Shown here: positions 36,698 to 45,143 of the stretch, one piece after another
Numbering within the stretch: the first letter of the stretch is position 1
How the letters are laid out: every line of letters begins with the position of its first letter
Assembly (NCBI GenBank): GCA_965221305.1
Contig: OZ244881.1
Coordinates: 4,319,505 to 4,383,504, forward strand
DNA from: Vicinamibacterales bacterium
GTDB lineage: Bacteria; Acidobacteriota; Vicinamibacteria; Vicinamibacterales; UBA8438
Length of the DNA stretch: 64,000 nucleotides
Direction: 5' to 3'
Notes under the pieces: model-generated
What the model was told of the DNA's origin: nothing
The model's input: the letters and a program-made list of their open reading frames with translations, nothing else
Database searches by the model: none
Program-made: the position numbers and the translations under genes

Positions 36698-37792
36698 GTG
36701 CGCGACAACCCGACGTCGGATGCCGTCAAGGCGAAGGCCCGCGACCTCGGCTTCGATCTGTGCGGGATCGCGCCGGCCGCCGGGTTCCCCGAGCTGGCCG
36801 CGCTGCGTGGATGGCTGGAACGGGGCTACGCCGGCGACATGGCGTACATGGCGCGTACCGCCGACCGCCGCGCCGACGTCCGCGCCGTGATGCCCTCGGC
36901 GCGCTCGGTCGTGGCGCTGGGAACCGTGTACAACACCGACCGGCCCGGCTCGACCGAGATCGGCGAGCCCGGCACGGCGCTGATCTCCCGCTATGCGTGG
37001 GGCGACGACTATCACGACGTCCTCGGCCAGCGCACTCGGGCCCTCGGCGCGTGGATGCGCGAGGCGCACGGCGGGCCCTGCGAGACGCGCGTCTACGTCG
37101 ATACCGGTCCGGTGCAGGAGCGCGTGTACGCGCAGTACGCCGGCCTCGGGTGGATCGGCAAGAACACCTGCCTCATCAACCCCGACATCGGATCTTGGCT
37201 GTTCCTTTCCGAGGTTCTGTGCAGCGTCGCCCTCGATCCCGACCCGCCGGCCCTCGACCAGTGCGGCGCCTGCACGCTCTGTCTCGAGGCGTGTCCCACC
37301 GGCGCCTTCCCCGAGCCGGGGGTGCTCGACGCCACCCGCTGCCTGTCTTACCTGACGATAGAGACGAAGGGGGCCATTCCCTCGGGGCGGCGCGCCGACC
37401 TGGGAGCGCACGTCTACGGGTGCGACATCTGCCAGGAGGTCTGCCCCTACAACGCGGCGGCGCCCGTCAGCGACGACCCGGCGTGGCAGGCCCGACCCGC
37501 CCTCGACCGGCCATCCCTCGTCGATCTGTGGTCGCGGTCCGATTCGGGGCTGCGACAGGCCATCCGCAAGGGGCCGATGACCCGGGCCCGGGTGAAGCGG
37601 CTGCGCCGGAACGTGGCGGTGGCGATGGGGAACAGCGGCGCCCCCGCCGCCCGCGACGCGCTCGCCCCCGAGCGGTGCGCGAGCCGGGCCGACGCCGACT
37701 CGATCCGCGACCCGCTGGTGGCGGAGCACGTCGAGTGGGCGCGGGCGGAGCTGGGGCGGCGGGGCCGGGAGCCCCGGCCCCGGACTCCCTGA
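36698..37792 (+). CDS. queG: tRNA epoxyqueuosine(34) reductase
   Basis: Motifs GFDLCGIAP, GYAGDMAYM, two 4Fe-4S motifs (CGACTLCLEACPTGAF, GCDICQEVCPYN), and C-terminal HEAT-like repeats. Confidence 0.9.
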   Translation: MRDNPTSDAVKAKARDLGFDLCGIAPAAGFPELAALRGWLERGYAGDMAYMARTADRRADVRAVMPSARSVVALGTVYNTDRPGSTEIGEPGTALISRYAWGDDYHDVLGQRTRALGAWMREAHGGPCETRVYVDTGPVQERVYAQYAGLGWIGKNTCLINPDIGSWLFLSEVLCSVALDPDPPALDQCGACTLCLEACPTGAFPEPGVLDATRCLSYLTIETKGAIPSGRRADLGAHVYGCDICQEVCPYNAAAPVSDDPAWQARPALDRPSLVDLWSRSDSGLRQAIRKGPMTRARVKRLRRNVAVAMGNSGAPAARDALAPERCASRADADSIRDPLVAEHVEWARAELGRRGREPRPRTP

Positions 37793-37923
37793 ACGGTCGG
37801 CATCCTTGCCGTCGAGTCGAGTCTCGATCGTGTTCTCTCCACCGGCTCCGGAACCGGTCCCAGCCGCCGATTACCCGGGCCGGCATGTGTCGTCGGTCCG
37901 AGGCGCAGCCTCGTCAGGGCAGG
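37790..37923. repeat. Intergenic element, copy A (upstream of yqgE)
   Basis: By hand alignment it is roughly 75-80% identical to copy B. Shared blocks are tgaacgg.cgg.atcc, gagtcgagtctcg.tcg.gttctct, ccagccgccgattaccc and tcgtcggtccgaggcgcagcctcgt. Confidence 0.75.
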
Positions 37924-37967
37924 AGTCGGGCTCCCGCGCGCGTCCTCGCGTGCACTATGATCAACGC

Positions 37968-38528
37968 GTGACGAACGGCAAGGACAAGTCGCTGGCGCCG
38001 AGGCTGTTGCTCTCGATGCCCCAGCTCCACGATCCGAACTTCCGGCGGACGGTGGTGCTGCTCTGCGAGCACGGCGAGGAGGGCGCCTTCGGCCTCGTGC
38101 TCAACCGGAAGACGGACACGCCGGTGTCGTCGGTCGTTCGGCTGACCCCCCCGGTCGCGGTCGACAACGGCCTGCAGCTCTGGATCGGCGGGCCCGTCGA
38201 GCCCGAGCGGGGCTGGATTCTGATGGGCCACGAACCGGCCGACGCCGAGTCCGTCGAGGTCTGCGACGGGCTCTACCTGTCCACGTCGCCGAACCTCCTG
38301 CGGCGGCTCCTCGAGGATCGCCCGCCTGACCGCACCCGCCTCTTGACCGGGTACGCCGGATGGGCGGCCGGCCAGCTCGATGCCGAGCTGTCCGCCTCCG
38401 CCTGGCTGATCGCCGACGTCCAGCTCGACCTGATCTTCGACGTTCAGGCCGCGCAGATGTGGGAGACGGCGATCCGCCGCCTCGGCGCCGACCCCACCAT
38501 GCTGCAGATGGGCAGCGGCGTACACTGA
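37968..38528 (+). CDS. yqgE: YqgE/AlgH family protein (UPF0301)
   Basis: GTG 37968. Sequence LLLSMPQLHDPNFRRTVVLLCEHGEEGAFGLVLNR...GYAGWAAGQLDAEL is typical of the family. Confidence 0.85.
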   Translation: MTNGKDKSLAPRLLLSMPQLHDPNFRRTVVLLCEHGEEGAFGLVLNRKTDTPVSSVVRLTPPVAVDNGLQLWIGGPVEPERGWILMGHEPADAESVEVCDGLYLSTSPNLLRRLLEDRPPDRTRLLTGYAGWAAGQLDAELSASAWLIADVQLDLIFDVQAAQMWETAIRRLGADPTMLQMGSGVH

Positions 38529-38549
38529 CCGGGGCCTGCCTAGACGCCG

Positions 38550-38704
38550 TGAACGGCCGGTATCCTCACGATTGAGTCGAGTCTCGGTCGCGTTCTCTTT
38601 CGCTGGCCGCAGAACTCGTGCCAGCCGCCGATTACCCTCACCGCCGACGACTACGCCGGGCTTGCATGCCTCGTCGGTCCGAGGCGCAGCCTCGTTAGGT
38701 TAGG
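38550..38704. repeat. Intergenic element, copy B (downstream of yqgE)
   Basis: Same orientation and block order as copy A, with a ~20-nt insertion (tcaccgccgacgactacgcc). It begins 22 nt after the yqgE stop. Confidence 0.75.
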
Positions 38705-38821
38705 TGCCCCGCCACCGTGGCGTGTGTCCGGCCTGTGAACGTGAACGTCCAGCTTGGCCGGCGCGACGACGCCTCTATTCCCGATGACCGTGGCGTGATC
38801 CAGTCGCGTTCCCGGTGTGCA

Positions 38822-38974
38822 TCATGGCAAGGCGTGCAGGATCGCGTCGATCCGGCTCCGTTACCCGGTGCCCCGGCTCTTCAGCCATTCCAGCACATCG
38901 GTATCGAGGCGGATCGTCAACGGCGGTTCGCGAGGCGGAACGATCGCTGGCGACAACGGCGGACACGACCGCAC
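38822..38974 (-). pseudogene. BrnA/DUF4415-type antitoxin C-terminal relic with in-frame TAA
   Basis: The minus-strand frame reads ...AIVPPREPPLTIRLDTDVLEWLKSRGTG*RSRIDAILHALP*. The family consensus as I recall it is ...vtiRLDpDVLeWFKaqGkGYQTRINAvLRaY. The TAA (38861-38863) sits where the conserved Tyr belongs. There is no N-terminal part and no BrnT partner. Confidence 0.55.
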
Positions 38975-38994
38975 GCCGCGACCCGCACCTGTTC

Positions 38995-39786
38995 CTATTG
39001 CCGGGGCAAGGCCGGATACCAGTCGCCGTCGCGGACCTCGATGGGCTCGCCGTCGAGGGCATCCCGCAGGGCCTGGATCGTAGCCGCGATCTGGTCCGCG
39101 TTGTCGGGGCGCGGCTGGTCGGGGGCGCCGAACCAGCGCGCCGTCGCGTTGTCGTAGTGGATGAGGTAGACGACCTGCGGCCCGAAGGTCTTGACGCACT
39201 CCGCCACCGGTATCGGCCGCATGCGGTCGACGGGGAGGTTCATGGGCATGAACGCCACGTCGATGTCCTCGAGGGCCTGGATCTCGGGGACGCACTCGCC
39301 CACGCCCGAGAAGAAGATCCGCTTCCCTCCCAGGGTGACGACATAGCCGTTCGCCTCGCCCTTCGGGTGCCACGGCTGACCGGGCGTCATGTCGTAGGCG
39401 GGGACCGCCTCCACCGGCACGCCGGCGAACACCCCCTGCTCACCGTTCGCGAGCACCGTGCCGTCGCCGAGACGGGCGTGGGCGCCCGCGGTCAGCACGA
39501 CGGGGGCGCCGGGCTTGCGAAGCAGCTCGATGGCGGCCGGATCGAGGTGGTGGGCCGGGTCGTCGGTCACGAGGATCAGGTCGGCGGGCCTGGCCCCGGA
39601 CAGGTCGGCGGCCGTCCACGGGTCGATGTGCACCACCGTGCCGGCGTGCTCGATCTGCACGCTCGAGTGGAGGATGGGGGTGATGATGACATCGCCGCCC
39701 TCGGCCGGGAAGCGGTCCGATTGCGCCGAGGCGGCGGCGGTGGTCAGCAACGCCGCAGTGAACGTCGTGGGCACGGTGAGCCGCAT
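38995..39786 (-). CDS. MBL-fold protein, exported, with a degenerate metal-binding motif
   Basis: Start MRLTVPTTFTAALLTTAAASA (ATG 39786). The fold pattern is ITPILHSSVQIEHAGTVVHIDPW...DLILVTDDPAHHLD...AYDM...NGYVV. TDDPAHH replaces the usual THxHxDH. Confidence 0.65.
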   Translation of the reverse strand: MRLTVPTTFTAALLTTAAASAQSDRFPAEGGDVIITPILHSSVQIEHAGTVVHIDPWTAADLSGARPADLILVTDDPAHHLDPAAIELLRKPGAPVVLTAGAHARLGDGTVLANGEQGVFAGVPVEAVPAYDMTPGQPWHPKGEANGYVVTLGGKRIFFSGVGECVPEIQALEDIDVAFMPMNLPVDRMRPIPVAECVKTFGPQVVYLIHYDNATARWFGAPDQPRPDNADQIAATIQALRDALDGEPIEVRDGDWYPALPRQ

Positions 39787-40198
39787 GGAGGACCTGCTTT
39801 CAGTGAATCCGATGACCCGTCCGTCGGGCCACGGCGATGGCCGCGGGTTGACCAGCGAACCGCGATCGGCCGCCGGCATCCAGCGAGGTCGGCGCCGTGG
39901 CGTTCCCAATCGTAAGTCCGCATGCTACGGCCGTTGCACGAGCGCCGTCAACGTCCCGAGCACGACATCATGGTTGGAATGCACGCGGGCTCGGCCCATC
40001 ACTCCCCCCTCGGGGGGAATCGGCGTCGCGGGCGTCAGCGCCCCGCGTCACCGGTGGGGGGCGGCGCCGCGCCCGACTCTCCTGTCGTGCCTGTCGTGCA
40101 ACCGTCAGCGCCCCGGAGCCGGTCGTGCAGGGGGCGCCGATCGTCGGCTCCGAGCCGCCCGCCCGCGCGTTGACGATTCCGCGCTCCACCAGCCAAAC

Positions 40199-40308
40199 TA
40201 GTTGACCGTCCTTGAGAGAAGCTGCCCGTGTCGCGGGGCGTCTTCGGAGCGTTTGCCAGCAAAGGCCAGCGACAGGACGGTCAAGGAAGCTCTGGGATAG
40301 TCCACTAG
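40199..40308. repeat. ~110-nt hairpin-containing intergenic element, copy 1
   Basis: By hand it is about 85% identical to 60382-60493. It has terminal inverted arms ttgaccgtcc/ggacggtcaa and an inner hairpin GAAG-ct-GCCC-gtgtcgcg-GGGC-gt-CTTC. Confidence 0.75.
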
Positions 40309-40477
40309 CTCAGCCGCCAGGCGTCAGCTCGCCGGAGCGTGCGCCCCGAACATCGACATTGCGAGCGGAGGCGTGAACCGCGGGCGAGGGCGCCAAGCCG
40401 GTGGCTCGTGGGATGAATCAGGGGAGACTCCGCGCGGCGGCCCGGGTAGCGGGGTTCCGGCGACGAGGGAGGACTGG

Positions 40478-40891
40478 ATGGGATTCGCAGAGGTCAACTA
40501 TCTCGCCGTCGGCCTGTCCGCGGTGCTGTCGTTCGTGCTCGGCATGCTGTGGTACTCGCCCCTGCTGTTCGGCAAGGCCTGGATGGCGGGCCAGGGCTAT
40601 ACCGAGGCCGACCTCGAGGGCATGCAGTCCGGCATGGGGCCGACCTACGCCCTCTCGTTGGTCTGCTGGTTCGTGATGGCCACCATCCTGGCCGTGGTCG
40701 CCAGTCACTTCGGCGAGGGCGTCGGTCCGACGTTCCATGTCGGCCTGCACCTCTGGCTCGGGTTCTCGGCCACCGTCGGCCTGACGAACAATCGCTTCTC
40801 GGACAAGCCGCTCAGCCTGTGGGCCATCGACGGCGGGTATCAGGTGGCGTCCATCGGGGTGATGTCGGTGGTGCTGGGCCTCTGGCGGTAG
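40478..40891 (+). CDS. DUF1761 family membrane protein
   Basis: ATG 40478 follows GAGGGAGG. Sequence MGFAEVNYLAVGLSAVLSFVLGMLWYSPLLFGKAWM is typical of DUF1761. Confidence 0.7.
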   Translation: MGFAEVNYLAVGLSAVLSFVLGMLWYSPLLFGKAWMAGQGYTEADLEGMQSGMGPTYALSLVCWFVMATILAVVASHFGEGVGPTFHVGLHLWLGFSATVGLTNNRFSDKPLSLWAIDGGYQVASIGVMSVVLGLWR

Positions 40892-40947
40892 CCGGCGCCG
40901 CCCCCGGTCCGCCCTACCCTCGGCGCCGCCGCCGCCCGAACCGTGGT

Positions 40948-41177
40948 CAGCGTCTCCGGCGACCGGCGGCGCCGTTCCCCCGCGCCGACCTTCGGGTCCG
41001 GGCGATGGCCTCCGGGCGCCGCGCGACTACAGCGTCTCCGGCGACCGGCGGCGCCGTTCCCCCGCGCCGACCTTCGGGTCCGGGCGATGGCCTCCGGGCG
41101 CCGCGCGACTACCATGCCTTGAGCATCCCTGCTTCGCCTCGTCATCCCGGTCCGGGCGATGGCCTCCGGGCGCCGCG
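40948..41177. repeat. 82-bp tandem repeat: two perfect copies plus a 29-nt partial third copy
   Basis: Units at 40948-41029 and 41030-41111 are identical on direct reading. ggtccgggcgatggcctccgggcgccgcg recurs at 41149-41177. The repeat lies between convergent genes. Confidence 0.85.
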
Positions 41178-41242
41178 AGGCGGGCGCGGCCGGATCTCTC
41201 TCTGCGACTTCGGCCCGGGCTCCCCGATCGGCCGCGCCGTGC

Positions 41243-42472
41243 TCAGCGCATCGTGTTCCGGTAGACGACGCCGCCCTTCATCACGAACCGAACGTTGCGA
41301 ACGGCGGTGATGTCGGCGAGGGGATTGCCCGACACCGCCACGAAGTCGGCCTCGTAGCCCGGTGCGATTCGCCCGATGGCGTCGGCGAGCCCCAGCGATT
41401 CGGCCGCGAGGGACGTCGCGGAGACGATGGCGTCCATGGGATCCTGACCGCCGTCGCGGACGCGGTAGACGAGTTCGTCGGCGTTGCGGCCGTGGGCGCC
41501 GGCCACCGCGTCGGTGCCGTAGACCACCTTCACGCCGCCGTGGGCGAGGGTGCGGCGGAACGTCTCGTAGCCGGTGGTCCGGGCCTCTTCCATCAGCGCG
41601 AAGCCCTCCTCGGTGTAGTTGCCGCGGCCGATGAACCGGTCGCGGTGCTCGAAGTAGTTGGCCCACAGCGATCCGACGTGGGGATCCAGCCAGGTGCCGC
41701 GCTCGGCCATGAGTTCGATGACCGCGTCGTCGTAGCGGTTGCCGTGCTCGATGCCGCCGCAGCCCGCCTCGATCGTCGCGGTCAGTCCGTCGGTGCCGTA
41801 GGCGTGGACGACGGAGCGCAGCCCGACCGCCTGCGACTCCGTGCATACCGCGTCGAGCTGCTCGGGGGTCATCACCAGCCCGCCCCCCTCGCGGATGCTT
41901 GCCGAGGCGAACACCTTCACGACGTCCGCCCCGTCCTCCTTCAGGCGGCGCACGAAGGCGCGGATCTCGTCCGGCGATCCCGTGCCGGCCCTCACCGCGC
42001 GCAGCGAGGTGAGCACGCGGGGGCCGGGCAGGACCCCGCGGGCGATGGCGTCGCGGAGATCACGGTCGGCGGGGCTGCCGAGGCTCTGCACGGTGGTGAA
42101 GCCGGCCATCAGGGTCGCCCAGGCGTTCTCGGCCGCGTAGAGGATGGCCTGGGCCGGCGTCTCGTCCGGGTCGGGGTCGGCGCGCCCGTCGGCGTTGAAG
42201 TGCGAGGTCAGGTGCACGTGGGTGTCGATGAGCCCCGGCATCAGGGTGAGCCCGGACAGGTCGTAGGTGACGGCGCCGGGCGTTTCGTCCACCGCCGTGA
42301 TGCGTGATCCGGTGACGCCCACGGTGACGTTCTCGCGCACGTTGCCGAGCCCGTCCAGGAGCCGGCCGGCCCGGATCGTGATCGTGTCCTCCTGCGCTTG
42401 GGCGGTGACCGCCGCCAGCAACACGCCGATTGCCGCCAGTGCCGTTCTCATGGGATCTCCTCTGGGTGTCAC
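41243..42472 (-). CDS. Amidohydrolase-family metallohydrolase, exported
   Basis: Signal peptide, metal motif GLIDTHVHL, and later HAYG/EHG residues. The alternative start is MRTALAAIG. Confidence 0.85.
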   Translation of the reverse strand: MTPRGDPMRTALAAIGVLLAAVTAQAQEDTITIRAGRLLDGLGNVRENVTVGVTGSRITAVDETPGAVTYDLSGLTLMPGLIDTHVHLTSHFNADGRADPDPDETPAQAILYAAENAWATLMAGFTTVQSLGSPADRDLRDAIARGVLPGPRVLTSLRAVRAGTGSPDEIRAFVRRLKEDGADVVKVFASASIREGGGLVMTPEQLDAVCTESQAVGLRSVVHAYGTDGLTATIEAGCGGIEHGNRYDDAVIELMAERGTWLDPHVGSLWANYFEHRDRFIGRGNYTEEGFALMEEARTTGYETFRRTLAHGGVKVVYGTDAVAGAHGRNADELVYRVRDGGQDPMDAIVSATSLAAESLGLADAIGRIAPGYEADFVAVSGNPLADITAVRNVRFVMKGGVVYRNTMR

Positions 42473-42497
42473 TTCCGACGCGGGGCGGTCACGACCG

Positions 42498-43580
42498 CTA
42501 CCCCTCGTCCGTCAGCCGGTTCGAGCGAAACGCTCGCATGGCGCGGTGCGTCGTCTTCACGCGCCGCCGTTCCTCGAGCCGCGCCAGCTCGTCGCGGCGT
42601 CGTTGGACGGTCTCACGCTCTTGGCGCAGCCGGCGGAAGCTGTCGAGGCGGGCGGCGCTCAGGCGGCCCGTCTCGACCGCGCGCCGCACCGCGCACCGAG
42701 GCTCGCCCTCGTGGCCGCAGTCCCGGAACCGGCAGGTCTCGGCCAGCGCCCGGATGTCGTCGAACGCGTCGTCGAGGGCCTCCGTGTCTTCCCACAGCTG
42801 CAGCTCGCGCATGCCCGGCGTGTCGATGAGGAGACCGCCGCCCGGCAGGAGGATCAGCTCGCGCTGGGTCGTGGTGTGCCGGCCCCGGCCGTCCCGGCGC
42901 CGCACCTCGGCGGTCCGCTGCCGTTCGCGGCCCAGCAGGCGGTTGATGATGGTCGACTTCCCGACGCCGGACGAGCCGACGAGGGCGCCGGTCCGGCCAG
43001 GCGGGAGATGCTGCCGCAGGGGCTCGACCGCGCCTGGGCGCAACGCCTCCATCACGTGCAGGGGAGCCCCGGGGGCGAGGACCGCGGCGGCGGCGCGGCG
43101 GGCCTCGGGGTCTTGGCACAGGTCCGCCTTGTTGAGGACGAGGACGGGAGCGGCGCCGCTGTTCCGGATGGCGACCAGATACCGCTCGATCCGCCGAAGG
43201 TTGAAGTCGTCGTCAAGGTCGCTCACCAGCAGCACGGTATCGACGTTGGCGGCGACGAGCTGCCGGCGCGTCGGCTCTCCCGCCGCCTTGCGCGTGAAGC
43301 AGCGGCGCCGGGGCAGCACCGCCTCGATGGTCGCCGAGCCGCCGTTCGCGCCGGGACGGATGGCGACCCAGTCGCCGACCACCGGCCGGCCGTCGGGGCC
43401 GGCCGCGCGGTGCCGCAGCCTGCCCGCGACCTCGGCCATCACCTCCCCGTCGGTGGTGCGGAGCTGATAGAGGGCGTTGTGCGCGACCGCGACGCGGGCC
43501 GGCCGCAGGCCCCCGTCTGCGCACGCCTGGAAGGCGGTCGCGAACCGGTCGTCCCACCCCAGGGTCTCGAGCGTCAGCAC
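42498..43580 (-). CDS. rsgA: Ribosome small-subunit-dependent GTPase A
   Basis: Circularly permuted GTPase order (G4 LNKADL, then G1 GSSGVGKST, then G3 DTPG) and C-terminal zinc motif CRFRDCGHEGEPRC. Confidence 0.9.
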   Translation of the reverse strand: MLTLETLGWDDRFATAFQACADGGLRPARVAVAHNALYQLRTTDGEVMAEVAGRLRHRAAGPDGRPVVGDWVAIRPGANGGSATIEAVLPRRRCFTRKAAGEPTRRQLVAANVDTVLLVSDLDDDFNLRRIERYLVAIRNSGAAPVLVLNKADLCQDPEARRAAAAVLAPGAPLHVMEALRPGAVEPLRQHLPPGRTGALVGSSGVGKSTIINRLLGRERQRTAEVRRRDGRGRHTTTQRELILLPGGGLLIDTPGMRELQLWEDTEALDDAFDDIRALAETCRFRDCGHEGEPRCAVRRAVETGRLSAARLDSFRRLRQERETVQRRRDELARLEERRRVKTTHRAMRAFRSNRLTDEG

Positions 43581-43732
43581 ATCGATGCGTTCCCGCGACC
43601 GGAACGGTTCCGGCCGTCTGGAATTCCGGCGGGCCGTGACGGCCCCGCCACGCGCTTCGGCGGCGCCCTCCCGACGCTACCGTCGGGCCTGGTTCCGGCC
43701 CGACGCGGGTGCAGGCCCGTTGGAGGTACGGG

Positions 43733-43966
43733 CTACTCGCTTCCGGTGTTCCGAGTGACCTGGGTCACGCCGCCCAGGAGGTACTCCAGGACGATGCGGT
43801 CGCCCGGCTCCAGGGTCTGATCGACAGCCTCGGGCCCCACCCGCGCCATCAGCACCTGACCGTCCGGATCGTCGGCGTCGTTGAAGAAGACGTCCCACGA
43901 CACTTGGCCGTGCATGCTGATGGGCTGGATCTTCCGGAGGATGCCGGGACGTGTTCCCTTCAACAT
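43733..43966 (-). CDS. Hypothetical small protein (77 aa)
   Basis: The ORF sits between dinB and rsgA on the same strand, with GC-rich third positions and a non-repetitive, non-Arg-rich sequence. No family was recognised. Confidence 0.4.
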   Translation of the reverse strand: MLKGTRPGILRKIQPISMHGQVSWDVFFNDADDPDGQVLMARVGPEAVDQTLEPGDRIVLEYLLGGVTQVTRNTGSE

Positions 43967-44042
43967 GGTCCGATCTTACCTTGGCTCGGGCTCCGAGTGC
44001 TTCCGGGCGGGGCCGGTTCTCCGGGGGAATTTCCGCGACCGG

Positions 44043-45143
44043 TCAGGGGGAGCGCTCGGAGAGCGGCAGGGTCGGATGCCGGGGGTCGGACGGGGCGTCT
44101 TCCTCCGCCGACAGCTTGTGCATGGTCACCCCGAGCAGGCGGACGGGCCGGTCGCCGGCCTCGGTGCGGTCCAGCAGCCGCCGCGCCCGCAGCACGATCT
44201 GCTCGGCGTCGCGGGTGGCGGGGTCCGCGCTGTGGCTGCGGGTGACGGTGGTGAAGTCCGAGTAGCGCACCTTGATGGTGACGGTGCGGGCGGCGAGCCC
44301 CTTGCGATCGAGCCACGCCGCCCCGCGCCGCGCCAGCCCGTCGAGCTCGCGGCGGATCTCGTCCGGGTCGGTGAGATCGGTCGGGTAGGTGTGCTCGGCG
44401 CTGGACGACTTGACGACGCGGTCGGGGGTGACGGGACGGTCGTCCCTTCCCTCGGCGAGCCGGCGCAGCCAGTCGATGCGGCGGCCGACCGCGCGCCGGA
44501 GCACCTGGGGGTCGGCGGTGCGCACGTCGACGAGCTTGACCACCCCCGCCGCCCGGAGCCGCTTGGCGGTGACGGGGCCCACGCCCCAGAGCGCCTCGAC
44601 CGGGAGCTGACGCAGGAAGGCGTCGACCCGTTCGACGGGGATGACGGTCAGGCCGTCCGGCTTGTCCCAGTCGGAGGCGATCTTCGCGAGGAACTTGTTG
44701 GGCGCGGCCCCGGCCGAGACGGTCAGGGCGGTCTCGTCGCGGATCCGCCGCTTCAGTCGCCGCGCCACCGTCGTGGCCAGAGGCTCGTTCCAGGCGTTGC
44801 GGGTCACGTCGAGGTACGCCTCGTCGAGGGCGAGGGGCTCGACGAGGGGGGTGACCGAGCGGTACACGTCGAAGATGCGGTCCGAGATCGACCGGTAGCG
44901 GGCGAAGTCGGGGGACACGACGACCAGCTCCGGGCACCGGCGCATCGCCCGCGCCATCGACATCGCCGAGCGCACCCCGAACGCCCGCGCCTCGTAGCTG
45001 GCGGCCGCGACCACCCCGCGCCGGTCCGGCCGCCCCCCGACCGCGACCGGGCGACCGCGCAGCGACGGGTCGTCGCGCTGTTCCACCGACGCGTAGAACG
45101 CATCCATGTCGAGGTGCAGGATGCGGCGCACGGGAGAAGCCAC
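44043..45143 (-). CDS. dinB: DNA polymerase IV
   Basis: ILHLDMDAFYASVEQRDDP, the SIDEAYLD equivalent (ALDEAYLDV), and a little-finger domain. It has a GTG start. Confidence 0.92.
   Translation of the reverse strand: MASPVRRILHLDMDAFYASVEQRDDPSLRGRPVAVGGRPDRRGVVAAASYEARAFGVRSAMSMARAMRRCPELVVVSPDFARYRSISDRIFDVYRSVTPLVEPLALDEAYLDVTRNAWNEPLATTVARRLKRRIRDETALTVSAGAAPNKFLAKIASDWDKPDGLTVIPVERVDAFLRQLPVEALWGVGPVTAKRLRAAGVVKLVDVRTADPQVLRRAVGRRIDWLRRLAEGRDDRPVTPDRVVKSSSAEHTYPTDLTDPDEIRRELDGLARRGAAWLDRKGLAARTVTIKVRYSDFTTVTRSHSADPATRDAEQIVLRARRLLDRTEAGDRPVRLLGVTMHKLSAEEDAPSDPRHPTLPLSERSP

Noticed and set aside
38717-39157. 146-aa plus-strand ORF and 38775..39062 minus-strand ORF
   Set aside because: They overlap the BrnA-like relic and the MBL-fold gene in other frames, with junk composition.
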